From a virus, in IMG/VR virus record IMGVR_UViG_3300014656_000002, positions 2,771 to 66,770 of that record: a DNA stretch of 64,000 nucleotides, one strand, 5' to 3'. Each line of letters opens with the position of its first letter. Position 1 is the first letter of the stretch. The translations under genes were made by a program, and so were the position numbers. Below the pieces are notes generated by a model. The model saw nothing but the letters and a program-made list of their open reading frames with translations. It did no database searches and had not been told where the DNA came from. This document shows, piece by piece, positions 28,042-36,742 of the stretch.

Positions 28042-28443
28042 TTACGCCCCCCATACGGACAGGACAAGCTCGCCAAGTTCTTTGTCTAACTTATCCACCG
28101 CTGCCTCTTCCTCAGCATCGATAAACCCGGCAGGCGCTTGGCTGCTGTGGCCTTCATTCAGATCTTCAACATAGGGCACCTTGCTACCCTGGATAATCGT
28201 GAACCCGTTGTTCTTGACTTCCCAAATGCCCTCGTCAACAAAAGCGGGCGGCGCGGCGGGAACGTTACCCCATGAACTTTTCGCGCGTCCAGTTCTAACG
28301 GGCATCCGCAGTTGGATGTTGCGCTTGGCTTCTAGCGAAACCGCCCGGACGCCTTGCTTGATAACATTCCCTACCTGTTGAATGTCGCGCCCGACCTTGC
28401 GCGACTCTAGTTCAAACTGGCTACCGTCAACCGTGATCTGCAT
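28042..28443 (-). CDS. HK97-gp10-like neck protein
   Basis: MPVRTGRAKSSW...VPYVEDLNEGHSSQAPAGF. Confidence 0.85.
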   Translation of the reverse strand: MQITVDGSQFELESRKVGRDIQQVGNVIKQGVRAVSLEAKRNIQLRMPVRTGRAKSSWGNVPAAPPAFVDEGIWEVKNNGFTIIQGSKVPYVEDLNEGHSSQAPAGFIDAEEEAAVDKLDKELGELVLSVWGA

Positions 28444-29149
28444 CCTTCACCGCCCGCAATTGGGTATAGAACTCGTAAACTACATTGACCCGCGTCATCA
28501 GCGCCTCTCCGAACCGGCGCTGCTTATCGGCCATCTCTTCCGGCGTGTCCCCCTCGGCGGGCATGAGGTGGTAGAACAACTCCATCGGGCGGTATACCAT
28601 GGGCGCGGCCTCTTCCCAGTTGCAGCCCAGCGAGTACGAGAACGTCGAGCGTTCATCCGGCCGCAGATACCCGAACGTATGGGGCATCACGTAGCGGGTG
28701 TGGGTCGGGTCGGCCAGCGCCCCGTCCGAGTGGCCGTGCGGGCAGAGGATGTGGGCCACGGCGTCCGGCTCTAGCACGCGCCACAGCTCACTGAAGAAGG
28801 CAAACCAGCCGTCTTGCAGGCCAGCAAGGAATTCGCAACGATCACCCCATGCGTCACGGGGCTGTTTATCCCACCAACCATCAATCTCGTAGGCAGATCG
28901 TGCTTGACCATGCGGGATGTGCTCGACCAGATGGCTAAGCAGCGCGCCGCTAAACGAATTATCCGCCCACGGCCACGGGTAGGTGAACAGGTCCACCGTC
29001 TCGTCAACACCCTCGGCGGCGTTGCGGTCCACGTTGTGCCAGTGCGGGTAATCGTAGATCGCCGGGTCCACAAGGCCGTGATGCCAGGGCTGCGCGCCGG
29101 GCAGAATGACGTGCCCGCATCCCAGGTTTAGTTTGGGCTTGTTAGTCAT
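28427..29149 (-). CDS. class I SAM-dependent methyltransferase
   Basis: KLNLGCG, WPWADNS, SHLVEHI, ELWRVLEP, DPTH. Confidence 0.85.
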   Translation of the reverse strand: MTNKPKLNLGCGHVILPGAQPWHHGLVDPAIYDYPHWHNVDRNAAEGVDETVDLFTYPWPWADNSFSGALLSHLVEHIPHGQARSAYEIDGWWDKQPRDAWGDRCEFLAGLQDGWFAFFSELWRVLEPDAVAHILCPHGHSDGALADPTHTRYVMPHTFGYLRPDERSTFSYSLGCNWEEAAPMVYRPMELFYHLMPAEGDTPEEMADKQRRFGEALMTRVNVVYEFYTQLRAVKDADHG

Positions 29150-29306
29150 AATCAGCCCTCAGTTCCTTAAGCGCCGCTAGAAACCATGCCATCAAGCTAA
29201 GCACCAGAAAACCCACAAACCCAGGAGCCTGGAATATGGCCAAAGCCAACCCAGCGCCCATTCCACCCAAAAAAAGACCCAAACAGAAATCAGAAATTCT
29301 CTCCAT
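29142..29306 (-). CDS. small two-TM protein (not in ORF track)
   Basis: MERISDFCLGLFLVGMGAGLALAIFQAPGFVGFLVLSLMAWFLAALKELRADYD; GGGGAGAG RBS. Confidence 0.6.
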   Translation of the reverse strand: MERISDFCLGLFLGGMGAGLALAIFQAPGFVGFLVLSLMAWFLAALKELRADYD

Positions 29307-29329
29307 TGTTTCGCTCTCTCCCCAGAGAA

Positions 29330-29524
29330 CTAATCGTCTTTCGTGTTGTCTATCGCCTCGATGTCATCTTGCCCGGCCCACAACCGATCCGACCCCTTGC
29401 TGGTGAGCACGTACCGATACTGGCCGGGGTTAAGCTCAAGCACCGCTGTCACCAGGTGCTCCGTCGCCGTCGCCTTCAGGCGCACCCGCGTTCCGATCCG
29501 AATCCACGCCATCGGTCGCTGCAT
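29330..29524 (-). CDS. small SH3-fold-like hypothetical protein
   Basis: IGTRVRLK...YRYVL; overlaps the tail of the GT gene. Confidence 0.45.
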   Translation of the reverse strand: MQRPMAWIRIGTRVRLKATATEHLVTAVLELNPGQYRYVLTSKGSDRLWAGQDDIEAIDNTKDD

Positions 29525-30443
29525 CTGCCTTCCCCTTACGCCCGCCCTTCGGCTTGGGCGCATACTCACCCTGCCACCAGTCAACGATGCGCTGGGCGCG
29601 GGCGTCCCAGGTGTGGTGGATAGCCCACCGCTGGCCCTCAAGCGCCATCTTTTGCCCGGCACCATCCGCTAACAATGCCTGCGCGATCTTGACCGCGCCG
29701 TCCGCGTCCTCATATTCCGCATACACCGCCCCGGACTTGCGGTCGGCCACTGTGCCGATGGTTCGCATGTCAGGTAACGGGTCGCTAAGAATTGCGCACC
29801 CCATCGTCGCCGTCTCGAAGACGCGCTGCGCCACGTCATGGTTAGCGCTCACACACAGACTGATCCGCGCGTTCTGGTACACGTCCCGGTACTGGTCATA
29901 CAGCGCGCCCATGCCTGCCGCGACCTTCAACCCGGCGGCGCTTAGCGCATTCAAAAGTTCCACGCGGCGCGGGTACAACACCCCTATCATTGCCACGTCA
30001 TACTCACGCTCATCCCACGGAATCATGCTGGGCGTGAACCACACGGGATCGAAGCCGCACGGTAGCCATTCGCAATCGTCCTCGAAGGGTTGGATCGACA
30101 CCGCCTTATGCGCCAGAAAGTATCGGGTAATTCCATACTGGCGGTAATTGCGAACGTGCGAGTCAACGCCGTAGACTGCGTGCGGCACATCCGGGTAGTA
30201 CGGGTGATGAAAAGCAAACGCACTGTCCATGACCAACACGAGGTCCGGCGTCCAGTCGGGCCAGCGGGTGGTAATGTCGCCATCGCTGGCGTGCGCGTAC
30301 TTGGCGTCAACCTGAATGCCCCACACCTGATTGCCCGTGCTATCGCCAATGTGGCGCACATCGTGGCCCTGACGCTGGAAGGCGTCCGTCATGTAGCGGC
30401 CCGATGAGACAGGATAATGTGTATACACTGCCAGAATGCGCAT
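29436..30443 (-). CDS. glycosyltransferase (CgeB/Glyco_trans_1_2-like)
   Basis: WLPCGFDP, YDVAMIG..YPRRVELL, QRVFE...G, HTWDARA. Confidence 0.85.
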   Translation of the reverse strand: MRILAVYTHYPVSSGRYMTDAFQRQGHDVRHIGDSTGNQVWGIQVDAKYAHASDGDITTRWPDWTPDLVLVMDSAFAFHHPYYPDVPHAVYGVDSHVRNYRQYGITRYFLAHKAVSIQPFEDDCEWLPCGFDPVWFTPSMIPWDEREYDVAMIGVLYPRRVELLNALSAAGLKVAAGMGALYDQYRDVYQNARISLCVSANHDVAQRVFETATMGCAILSDPLPDMRTIGTVADRKSGAVYAEYEDADGAVKIAQALLADGAGQKMALEGQRWAIHHTWDARAQRIVDWWQGEYAPKPKGGRKGKADAATDGVDSDRNAGAPEGDGDGAPGDSGA

Positions 30444-30445
30444 GG

Positions 30446-30811
30446 TTATAGGTCCTCTTTGCGAAAAGATGGTGCTGACAGGCCGGTGATGTATCCTGTT
30501 GACGGTAGGTTAAACTGCTCACGAAGTCCGCGCACCCATTCCTCGCGTTCCTCTTGGGTGGTTTCTACCATGCGTTCTTGGCGGACCACGTGAAAGGCTC
30601 CGTCACTTGTTTTCCATCCAAACTTATTCACATAGCCACCGTCGAAGTTTTCAGATTCATAGTGCCACTCGGCTACCCACTCACCAGTTTCGATGTCACG
30701 GATAACCGCCCATTCGTTGTCATCGAGATCGCAAAGCAGGGCCCCGTCTACCGTCTCCCACGATCCCACCCAAGGGCCGTCTTCACGCTCTACAAAGTAT
30801 CGTTTTGTCAT
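30446..30811 (-). CDS. hypothetical protein
   Basis: GGGAGAG RBS before ATG at 30811. Confidence 0.65.
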   Translation of the reverse strand: MTKRYFVEREDGPWVGSWETVDGALLCDLDDNEWAVIRDIETGEWVAEWHYESENFDGGYVNKFGWKTSDGAFHVVRQERMVETTQEEREEWVRGLREQFNLPSTGYITGLSAPSFRKEDL

Positions 30812-30851
30812 TGTCACTCTCTCCCAAGAGCTAGGGCTTACGCCCAGAACC

Positions 30852-31544
30852 TCACCTAATCCATTCAAAGTAGGCTTGAACCTTACGCATCAGGCGTTTA
30901 GCTTTTCGCCCTCCGTACATCTGTGTCAGCCATTCTTTGGGCAATTTATCGGCCTTACTGTTGTTACAGCCACCCAGCCCATGACACAGCGGAATTACGT
31001 TGGTTGCAACCGTCCCCGGATTGTCATCACCATCGTAATTGATCGGTATCCAATGATCCTGAGCCAGTGTATGCCAAAGTCCCTGTGGCCTTCCGCATAT
31101 GGCACACCGATAACCGAAATACTCAAGTGCCTGTATCCACTGATCCCCGGTCAAACTCGCTGGCAGACCGCGACGCTTGGCCCGACGCCTGTGACCAATA
31201 GACTTGGTTTCGGCTGGATGCTTTTCCCGCCACGACTTGTTGGTCGCTAGCTTGCGGTCTGGATCGGCATCGTATCTTTTCTTGGTTCGTTCTAAGTGCG
31301 CCTGGCGGTTGTCTTGATACCATATGCTTTGATATTCAGGGTTTTCTTTTCGCCATTCCTCGGCACGCGCAGGATGCGCTTCTCTCCATCTTCTGGTACG
31401 TTCGCGCGCACAATCCTTACAAGTTCTGCTAAACCCAATTGGTCTTGATTCGTCACGATGGAAATACTCAGCCGTTCTAGGCTTACTAATTCCACATACT
31501 GGGCACGTCTTGTATTCTGGCTGGGATGTGGTATGATCTGACAT
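30852..31544 (-). CDS. HNH endonuclease with one N-terminal CxxC..CxxC repeat, paralog of 24694-25773
   Basis: CPVC/CKDC; CAICGRPQGLWHTLAQDHWIPI...CNNSK. Confidence 0.85.
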   Translation of the reverse strand: MSDHTTSQPEYKTCPVCGISKPRTAEYFHRDESRPIGFSRTCKDCARERTRRWREAHPARAEEWRKENPEYQSIWYQDNRQAHLERTKKRYDADPDRKLATNKSWREKHPAETKSIGHRRRAKRRGLPASLTGDQWIQALEYFGYRCAICGRPQGLWHTLAQDHWIPINYDGDDNPGTVATNVIPLCHGLGGCNNSKADKLPKEWLTQMYGGRKAKRLMRKVQAYFEWIR

Positions 31545-31653
31545 GAGTAGCCTCCTTCTAGGCTCTCCACGCACCAGGGCGTTTGCGCGCCGCTGGTGCA
31601 TGTTCGTTTGGGGAGTTACTTCCCCTTAGTATACCACATTTCGCGCATATGTT

Positions 31654-32436
31654 CTATGCCCAATAGTGAACCATCACGTTTGGAACATCAGCAATAGCCT
31701 TCTTAGTGTCGGCCCATCTTTGCTTCCACAACATCGCGTTCCGCATAAAGAATTCCGGGTTACCGCCAGTGCTGCCCACAGAGTGGACAAGCGTAATTGC
31801 GGGTTCATACCAGACCCTCCAACCTTTTTCGCGCGCCTTGAAACACAGGTCGGCGTCCTCCCAATAACCACGACGGTACTCAGGATCGAACCCAACCACC
31901 GCTTGCCATGCTTCCCGGCGAACGGCAATCGCCGCGCCCGTCACCCACTGGCACTCGCGGCTGGTCGCCACTTCCGGGTGATTGACATCCGCCCACCCCA
32001 AGCACGGGTGGTAGGGCTGCCCGGCTCCGTCTATATTTCCGCCAGCACTCTGTACCGTGCCGTTCGGGAACAGCAGGCGCGCCCCGATCACGCCGATCTG
32101 CGGGTCTGCCTCGAAGGCCGCGCGCAGGGCGGCATCCCAACCGTGCGATACCTGCGGCACGGCGTACACATCTTGATTGACCGCGAAGTAAATATCTCCG
32201 GTTGCCCTCTGAACCCCACGATTTACGTTAGGCGCAAATCCGAGGTTCTTCTCGTTGCGCTCCACCCTGGCGATCTCCTGCGGGATCAGCGCCGGGTAGA
32301 GCACGTTGGGGCTGGCATCGTCCTGCACAAGGTACTCAATGCGGGTGTTATCCAACGCCAGCGCGCGCAGGCTGTTGACGCACGTCAGCACGGCCTCTAG
32401 GTTGTCATAGGCGGGGATGATAATGCTGATCTTCAT
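31654..32436 (-). CDS. GT2-family glycosyltransferase
   Basis: ISIIIPAY, DDAS, NLGFAPNVNRG, NQD, EDADLC. Confidence 0.9.
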   Translation of the reverse strand: MKISIIIPAYDNLEAVLTCVNSLRALALDNTRIEYLVQDDASPNVLYPALIPQEIARVERNEKNLGFAPNVNRGVQRATGDIYFAVNQDVYAVPQVSHGWDAALRAAFEADPQIGVIGARLLFPNGTVQSAGGNIDGAGQPYHPCLGWADVNHPEVATSRECQWVTGAAIAVRREAWQAVVGFDPEYRRGYWEDADLCFKAREKGWRVWYEPAITLVHSVGSTGGNPEFFMRNAMLWKQRWADTKKAIADVPNVMVHYWA

Positions 32437-33725
32437 GCCGCCCCCTCCACCAACTCCACCGCTTCGCCCCCTGGCACAACCTGCTGGCCGTCCGGGTTAG
32501 GCGTGACCATCGGCATCGCCAGTGCAGGCGGCGGCGCTTCCGGGGCTGGCGGCTGGCCTGCGATCCACGCCTTGCGGCGCGAGTTGGCCTGTTCTAACAC
32601 GGAGATGGTCGCGTCTGCCGCCTTGTCCCACGTCTGCTCACGCGCCCAGGTCATGCCCCGCTCGGCCATCGCGGCGCGCTCGGCGGGATTGTCATGCAGC
32701 CATTGAAGCTGGCGGATATAGTCGGTTTTGTCGGGGAACAAGTCCCGCGCTCCGCCCCACGTGCCAATGACGCTATAGTCGATGGGCTTAATCAGGCAGC
32801 CGCGCCCATCGCCCACAATCTCCGTGCCACTGCAATAGTCCATCGCCATACTCACCACGCCGCAGGCCATGGCCTCCACCAGCGGCAGACCGTAGCCCTC
32901 ACGGTGGGCCAGGACCACGTGCGCGTCAAGCGCATTGTAGCGGTCGCGCAGGTCAGTAATCCCGGCACGCACGGCGTCATTGCGAAAGATGAGTTTCGTG
33001 GCGTCCCACCCGTTAGCGCGGACTATGTTTGGAATGTGCCAGCCTGCCGGGCTGACCTCATCCATGTCCAGCAGGTAGCGCGCGTGGGGCTTGTCTTTCG
33101 CCCACGCCATGAACGCTTCGAGCATGATGCTGATCGCCTTGCGGCCCTGGTTCTGCGCCATCGTGCCCAACACGAAATGCTGATCCGTCAGGCCGAGCTT
33201 GGCGCGTGTTTCGCGGCGTTGCTCTGGCGTCACTCGGAAAAACTTATCCGAGTTGATCCCCGGTCGACACAAGCCCACCCGATAGCCCGCATCCGCGAAC
33301 GCCTTGACGCCGAACTCAGAGATCGTCATGGCCCCGTCCAGGTGCGGCATCAAGTCCAACCAGCCCGACTCGATGGGCGTGCCGTCCACGGGCGTGATCA
33401 TCACCCGCGCAATCCGGCTCCAATCAATGCCCGGATGCAAGAACAGTTGCACCGCATAGGGGAAGTCCTGGCACGATACCACCACCTCCGGCTGGAACGC
33501 CGCGATCACCTTGGCGATTTCACCCACCTGATCCGGCTTGCCCGCCAGCACGGCCACATGATATGGCAGCGGCGTGCCATCAAACTGCGGCGGCAGCAGG
33601 CCGTCGTAGTAGTAGGACGTAGCAAGCACCTGCTGCCCGCGCTTGACCAGTCTGATCCCAATCTCATCGATGATGCGCCCAAAACCCGTAGGCACGGCGC
33701 TGTCTGAAACAAGTAGAACGCGCAC
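32433..33725 (-). CDS. GT4-family glycosyltransferase
   Basis: PTGFG, NQGRK, EGYGLPLVEAMACG. Confidence 0.9.
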   Translation of the reverse strand: MRVLLVSDSAVPTGFGRIIDEIGIRLVKRGQQVLATSYYYDGLLPPQFDGTPLPYHVAVLAGKPDQVGEIAKVIAAFQPEVVVSCQDFPYAVQLFLHPGIDWSRIARVMITPVDGTPIESGWLDLMPHLDGAMTISEFGVKAFADAGYRVGLCRPGINSDKFFRVTPEQRRETRAKLGLTDQHFVLGTMAQNQGRKAISIMLEAFMAWAKDKPHARYLLDMDEVSPAGWHIPNIVRANGWDATKLIFRNDAVRAGITDLRDRYNALDAHVVLAHREGYGLPLVEAMACGVVSMAMDYCSGTEIVGDGRGCLIKPIDYSVIGTWGGARDLFPDKTDYIRQLQWLHDNPAERAAMAERGMTWAREQTWDKAADATISVLEQANSRRKAWIAGQPPAPEAPPPALAMPMVTPNPDGQQVVPGGEAVELVEGAA

Positions 33726-33726
33726 G

Positions 33727-33894
33727 CTATGCCTCCCCGCCCCGGCGATCCAGATACACCGCGCCTAACATGGCAACCGCCGCCAGTGTTGCGATCTGCG
33801 TGCCCAGGATAGCGGGCTGCGACACGCTCCATATCGCCAGCACGAGGGCCGCAATAAAGAAGATGCCGCCCATAAACTCGCTAAAGCCCTTCAT
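33727..33894 (-). CDS. small two-TM protein (not in ORF track)
   Basis: MKGFSEFMGGIFFIAALVLAIWSVSQPAILGTQIATLAAVAMLGAVYLDRRGGEA; ATGA coupling. Confidence 0.6.
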   Translation of the reverse strand: MKGFSEFMGGIFFIAALVLAIWSVSQPAILGTQIATLAAVAMLGAVYLDRRGGEA

Positions 33895-34310
33895 CGAAGC
33901 TCTCCCCGGTTCAGCTTTTCAAGTTGCCCTTTTTGCCACTCAAGCCGCTCGATCGTTTGTTCAATCCCGGCCTGAGAAATCGACGCCTCCGGGGGACTGC
34001 TCCCCTTGAAGACTTCGATCATGACATCATATAGCCCCAGATCGAAAGGTTCAGGTTCAGGATATGGATCGGTTTCTAACCATAGACTTAGACTCTTTTC
34101 GGACACCAGGCCCGTGGCCTTTTTTCCAAAGGCGTCCAAAAGACGAACCATATAATGCATGCCATCCTGGCGTAGCTGGCCGCCAGTAATGGTTGCCATT
34201 GTGCCCTTAGCTACTGGCGTAAACTCAGGCGGATCGTCCTCGGTTCTCCGAAAGCCACCCTTACGCAAAAGATGCTGTGTGGTATAAACCTCGTCGCCAA
34301 CCTTGAACAT
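33891..34310 (-). CDS. hypothetical protein (SH3-like FKVGDEV start)
   Basis: GGGGAGAG RBS. Confidence 0.65.
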   Translation of the reverse strand: MFKVGDEVYTTQHLLRKGGFRRTEDDPPEFTPVAKGTMATITGGQLRQDGMHYMVRLLDAFGKKATGLVSEKSLSLWLETDPYPEPEPFDLGLYDVMIEVFKGSSPPEASISQAGIEQTIERLEWQKGQLEKLNRGELR

Positions 34311-34327
34311 TACTCTCTCCCCAGAGA

Positions 34328-34630
34328 CTACAGGATCGGATCGCCGTCGTAGTTAACTCCGCCGGATAGTACAATCCCGCTCCACCAAGACGCATATGCT
34401 CCGTGTGGCCCTAAACCGCTTGGGCCTGTTGGCACATCTTGCTCCCAGTCGCCCAAGTGGCGAACAACATCTCCTGTGTCTGTGTCTACAATGTATCCGG
34501 CCCGACCTGCTGGCAGCGCCCCGATAGCTTCAAGTTCTGTGTTGTGACTTGAGTGTTGCAACCACACAAACAACTGGTCGCTTTTGACATATAGCAGAAA
34601 CCGCCGGATTTCAATCGGTTTTTCTTCCAT
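34328..34630 (-). CDS. hypothetical protein
   Basis: GGGGAGAG RBS. Confidence 0.6.
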   Translation of the reverse strand: MEEKPIEIRRFLLYVKSDQLFVWLQHSSHNTELEAIGALPAGRAGYIVDTDTGDVVRHLGDWEQDVPTGPSGLGPHGAYASWWSGIVLSGGVNYDGDPIL

Positions 34631-34651
34631 GTTTGCTCTCTCCCCAGAGAA

Positions 34652-35140
34652 CTAGTCGTACATCACGCCAAACGTGAACGTGATCGCGCTCGCCAGCGCC
34701 CCCGGCGTCGGCGTGCCTGGGGTCTGGATTTGCCCCCACACCGTGCGATTACCGGCCAGCGAGTATAGCGGCAAGGTCGGGTTAACACGCACTGAGGCCA
34801 TGTTGGCCGTCGCACCCGCTGAAACCCAATCACTCGGTAGTACGTCCGCATAACCCAGGTAGTTGGCAAAGTCACTACCCTTCATTGTCCAGGGCGTGCC
34901 GTCCGGGCTGGCGCTGAAACCCGTAGTGAAGAAGTGAAAGCGCAGCCATGCGTTGGCCGTTCCACGGTCAAACGCGTTGATCTGCATAAGCCAGCTTCCC
35001 GCGCGCCCCGCCGCGTATTCCGCAGACCACTGCCCACCAAACGCGTCATAGGCGCTGTATGCGCTGGCGGTTGCTACGCCCGGCGCGGTCACGGCGGGTG
35101 TGTGCCCTGCATATCCATTGGCGTTCTCTGTTGCCATCAT
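34652..35140 (-). CDS. putative virion structural protein
   Basis: A/G/T/S-rich beta protein next to the head-closure gene. Confidence 0.6.
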   Translation of the reverse strand: MMATENANGYAGHTPAVTAPGVATASAYSAYDAFGGQWSAEYAAGRAGSWLMQINAFDRGTANAWLRFHFFTTGFSASPDGTPWTMKGSDFANYLGYADVLPSDWVSAGATANMASVRVNPTLPLYSLAGNRTVWGQIQTPGTPTPGALASAITFTFGVMYD

Positions 35141-35514
35141 TCACCTCGCTTTAGTTGCGTTACCCAGCCCGTGACCATCTGCCCCGGCACAGGGTCGCTT
35201 TCCACCCGATACGTTACCCCGCGCCAGATAAGCTCATCCTGCCTACCCAGCGGCTCACGTGTCACGGCGTAGATGTCCGCCGCCACCAACAGCCCCACCG
35301 CCTGCTGGCGCTCACGAAGGTCAGGCGTGCGGTTCATGCCAAACAGGGCGGTGATGATGGACTCGCTGTAATACTGAGCATCCCCCATGCCCGCGTCCGG
35401 GTTGCCCGCGCTGGCGCTGGCATAACGCCGCCACGTGGCCGTGTAGCCCGCCTGGGCATAGACTTGTGCCATCTGATTGACGCGGCGCGCCGGGATGTTG
35501 CCACGGTAGGGCAT
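35137..35514 (-). CDS. head closure/stopper protein
   Basis: DELIWRGVTYRV pattern; position. Confidence 0.7.
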   Translation of the reverse strand: MPYRGNIPARRVNQMAQVYAQAGYTATWRRYASASAGNPDAGMGDAQYYSESIITALFGMNRTPDLRERQQAVGLLVAADIYAVTREPLGRQDELIWRGVTYRVESDPVPGQMVTGWVTQLKRGE

Positions 35515-35516
35515 GA

Positions 35517-36032
35517 TCAATAGTTCTCCTGCTCGGTACTCCAACTCCAGAAACCGCCGTTCGTGAGTGCCGCTTCAGCGCGCTCGGCAATCAGGCGGTC
35601 GTAGATGTCATTCAGCATCCGCATGGCGGCGGTGTCATCATAGCTGGCCCCGTCCGGCGAGGTCCAGCGCGCCCGCTTCAAGCCGTCAAACATTAGCGTG
35701 CTCACAGCCTCCAACGCTGCGCCGTTCACGTCGCCCCCCACTGCGGTGAAGTGCCCGATCTCTTCATCCGAGAACGTGCTGTGGACGTAGTGCACGCGGA
35801 ACGCGGACCCCGCACTCACCAGCCCGCTGAGGGTGACAAAGCCGGTGGGGTCGAAATTGGCCCCGGTGGCCGTCCACACACCCGTGTTTTGCACATAGGC
35901 CGAGGCGCTGGTGATGTTGCGGTGGGGCAGCGCGTAGGCGCTCGCCGTCCCGTCGCTGACTAGAAGTTCATCAGCAATGAGCGGCTGATCCTGAATGCGC
36001 AAGCGAACGGCCTGCGCGGTCGAGAGCGTCAT
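35517..36032 (-). CDS. head-tail adaptor
   Basis: VRLRIQD...FSDEEI...AALEA. Confidence 0.7.
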   Translation of the reverse strand: MTLSTAQAVRLRIQDQPLIADELLVSDGTASAYALPHRNITSASAYVQNTGVWTATGANFDPTGFVTLSGLVSAGSAFRVHYVHSTFSDEEIGHFTAVGGDVNGAALEAVSTLMFDGLKRARWTSPDGASYDDTAAMRMLNDIYDRLIAERAEAALTNGGFWSWSTEQENY

Positions 36033-36047
36033 AGCTACCCCTCCCCG

Positions 36048-36677
36048 TTAACTTTTGGAGTCAGCGTCGGCGTCCGCCTCGGCCCCGTCACCCTGCTCGG
36101 CGTCCGCTTCTTCTTCAGCCTGCTCGGTTTCAGCGTCCGCGTCCTGCTCGGCTTCAGCCTCGGCCTCGGCCTCAACTACCTTGGCCTTGCGCCCGCGCTT
36201 GGGCTTGACTTCTTCAACCGGCGCGGCTTCTTCGACCGGCTCTGTTTCTTCGGCCTGTTCTGTCTCGTCCACAGCCGGGGCATCCTTAGCGGCCAGCGCC
36301 TCGGTCAGCACGCGCACCTGCTCGCGCAGCGCTTCCAGCTTTTCGGCCAGGGCGCTGGTGGTCTGGGCGTTCTCATTGATCGCCGCCACGCGTTCGGCTT
36401 CCTGCGCTTCCAGCCCCTCGAAGTACAGCATGTCACGGTGCGCTGCCATGGCTGAGGACTTATTCTCGGCAAACCACTGCTCAGGCGTCACGCCAAAGCC
36501 CTTGCCGCCGCCCTTGTACGCATGCAGGTAATAGCTGCCCACGTGCCCGCTCAGGCTGTTGATTTTGGCGAGGTCGTTGGTCTTGTCGGCCTCTACGAAG
36601 ATCGATTCCATCCACGCCTTGACCTTCAAGCCCTCCGGCGTGAGATAGCCTTCCTGTACGAACTGCGGTGTATCCAT
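36048..36677 (-). CDS. acidic hypothetical head-associated protein
   Basis: E/A-rich tail with KPKRGRK; follows the capsid gene. Confidence 0.6.
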   Translation of the reverse strand: MDTPQFVQEGYLTPEGLKVKAWMESIFVEADKTNDLAKINSLSGHVGSYYLHAYKGGGKGFGVTPEQWFAENKSSAMAAHRDMLYFEGLEAQEAERVAAINENAQTTSALAEKLEALREQVRVLTEALAAKDAPAVDETEQAEETEPVEEAAPVEEVKPKRGRKAKVVEAEAEAEAEQDADAETEQAEEEADAEQGDGAEADADADSKS

Positions 36678-36742
36678 AATCACCCTTTCTGGTCAGGGTA
36701 GGAGGCCGAGGCCCCCTACCCCATGCTTACACGACGCCCCGC

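Noticed and set aside
32694-33707. 337-aa plus-strand ORF antisense to GT4, and similar long antisense ORFs elsewhere
   Set aside because: In-register antisense ORFs are common in GC-rich DNA. Unlike 39795-40661, it has no domain motifs, promoter or RBS.
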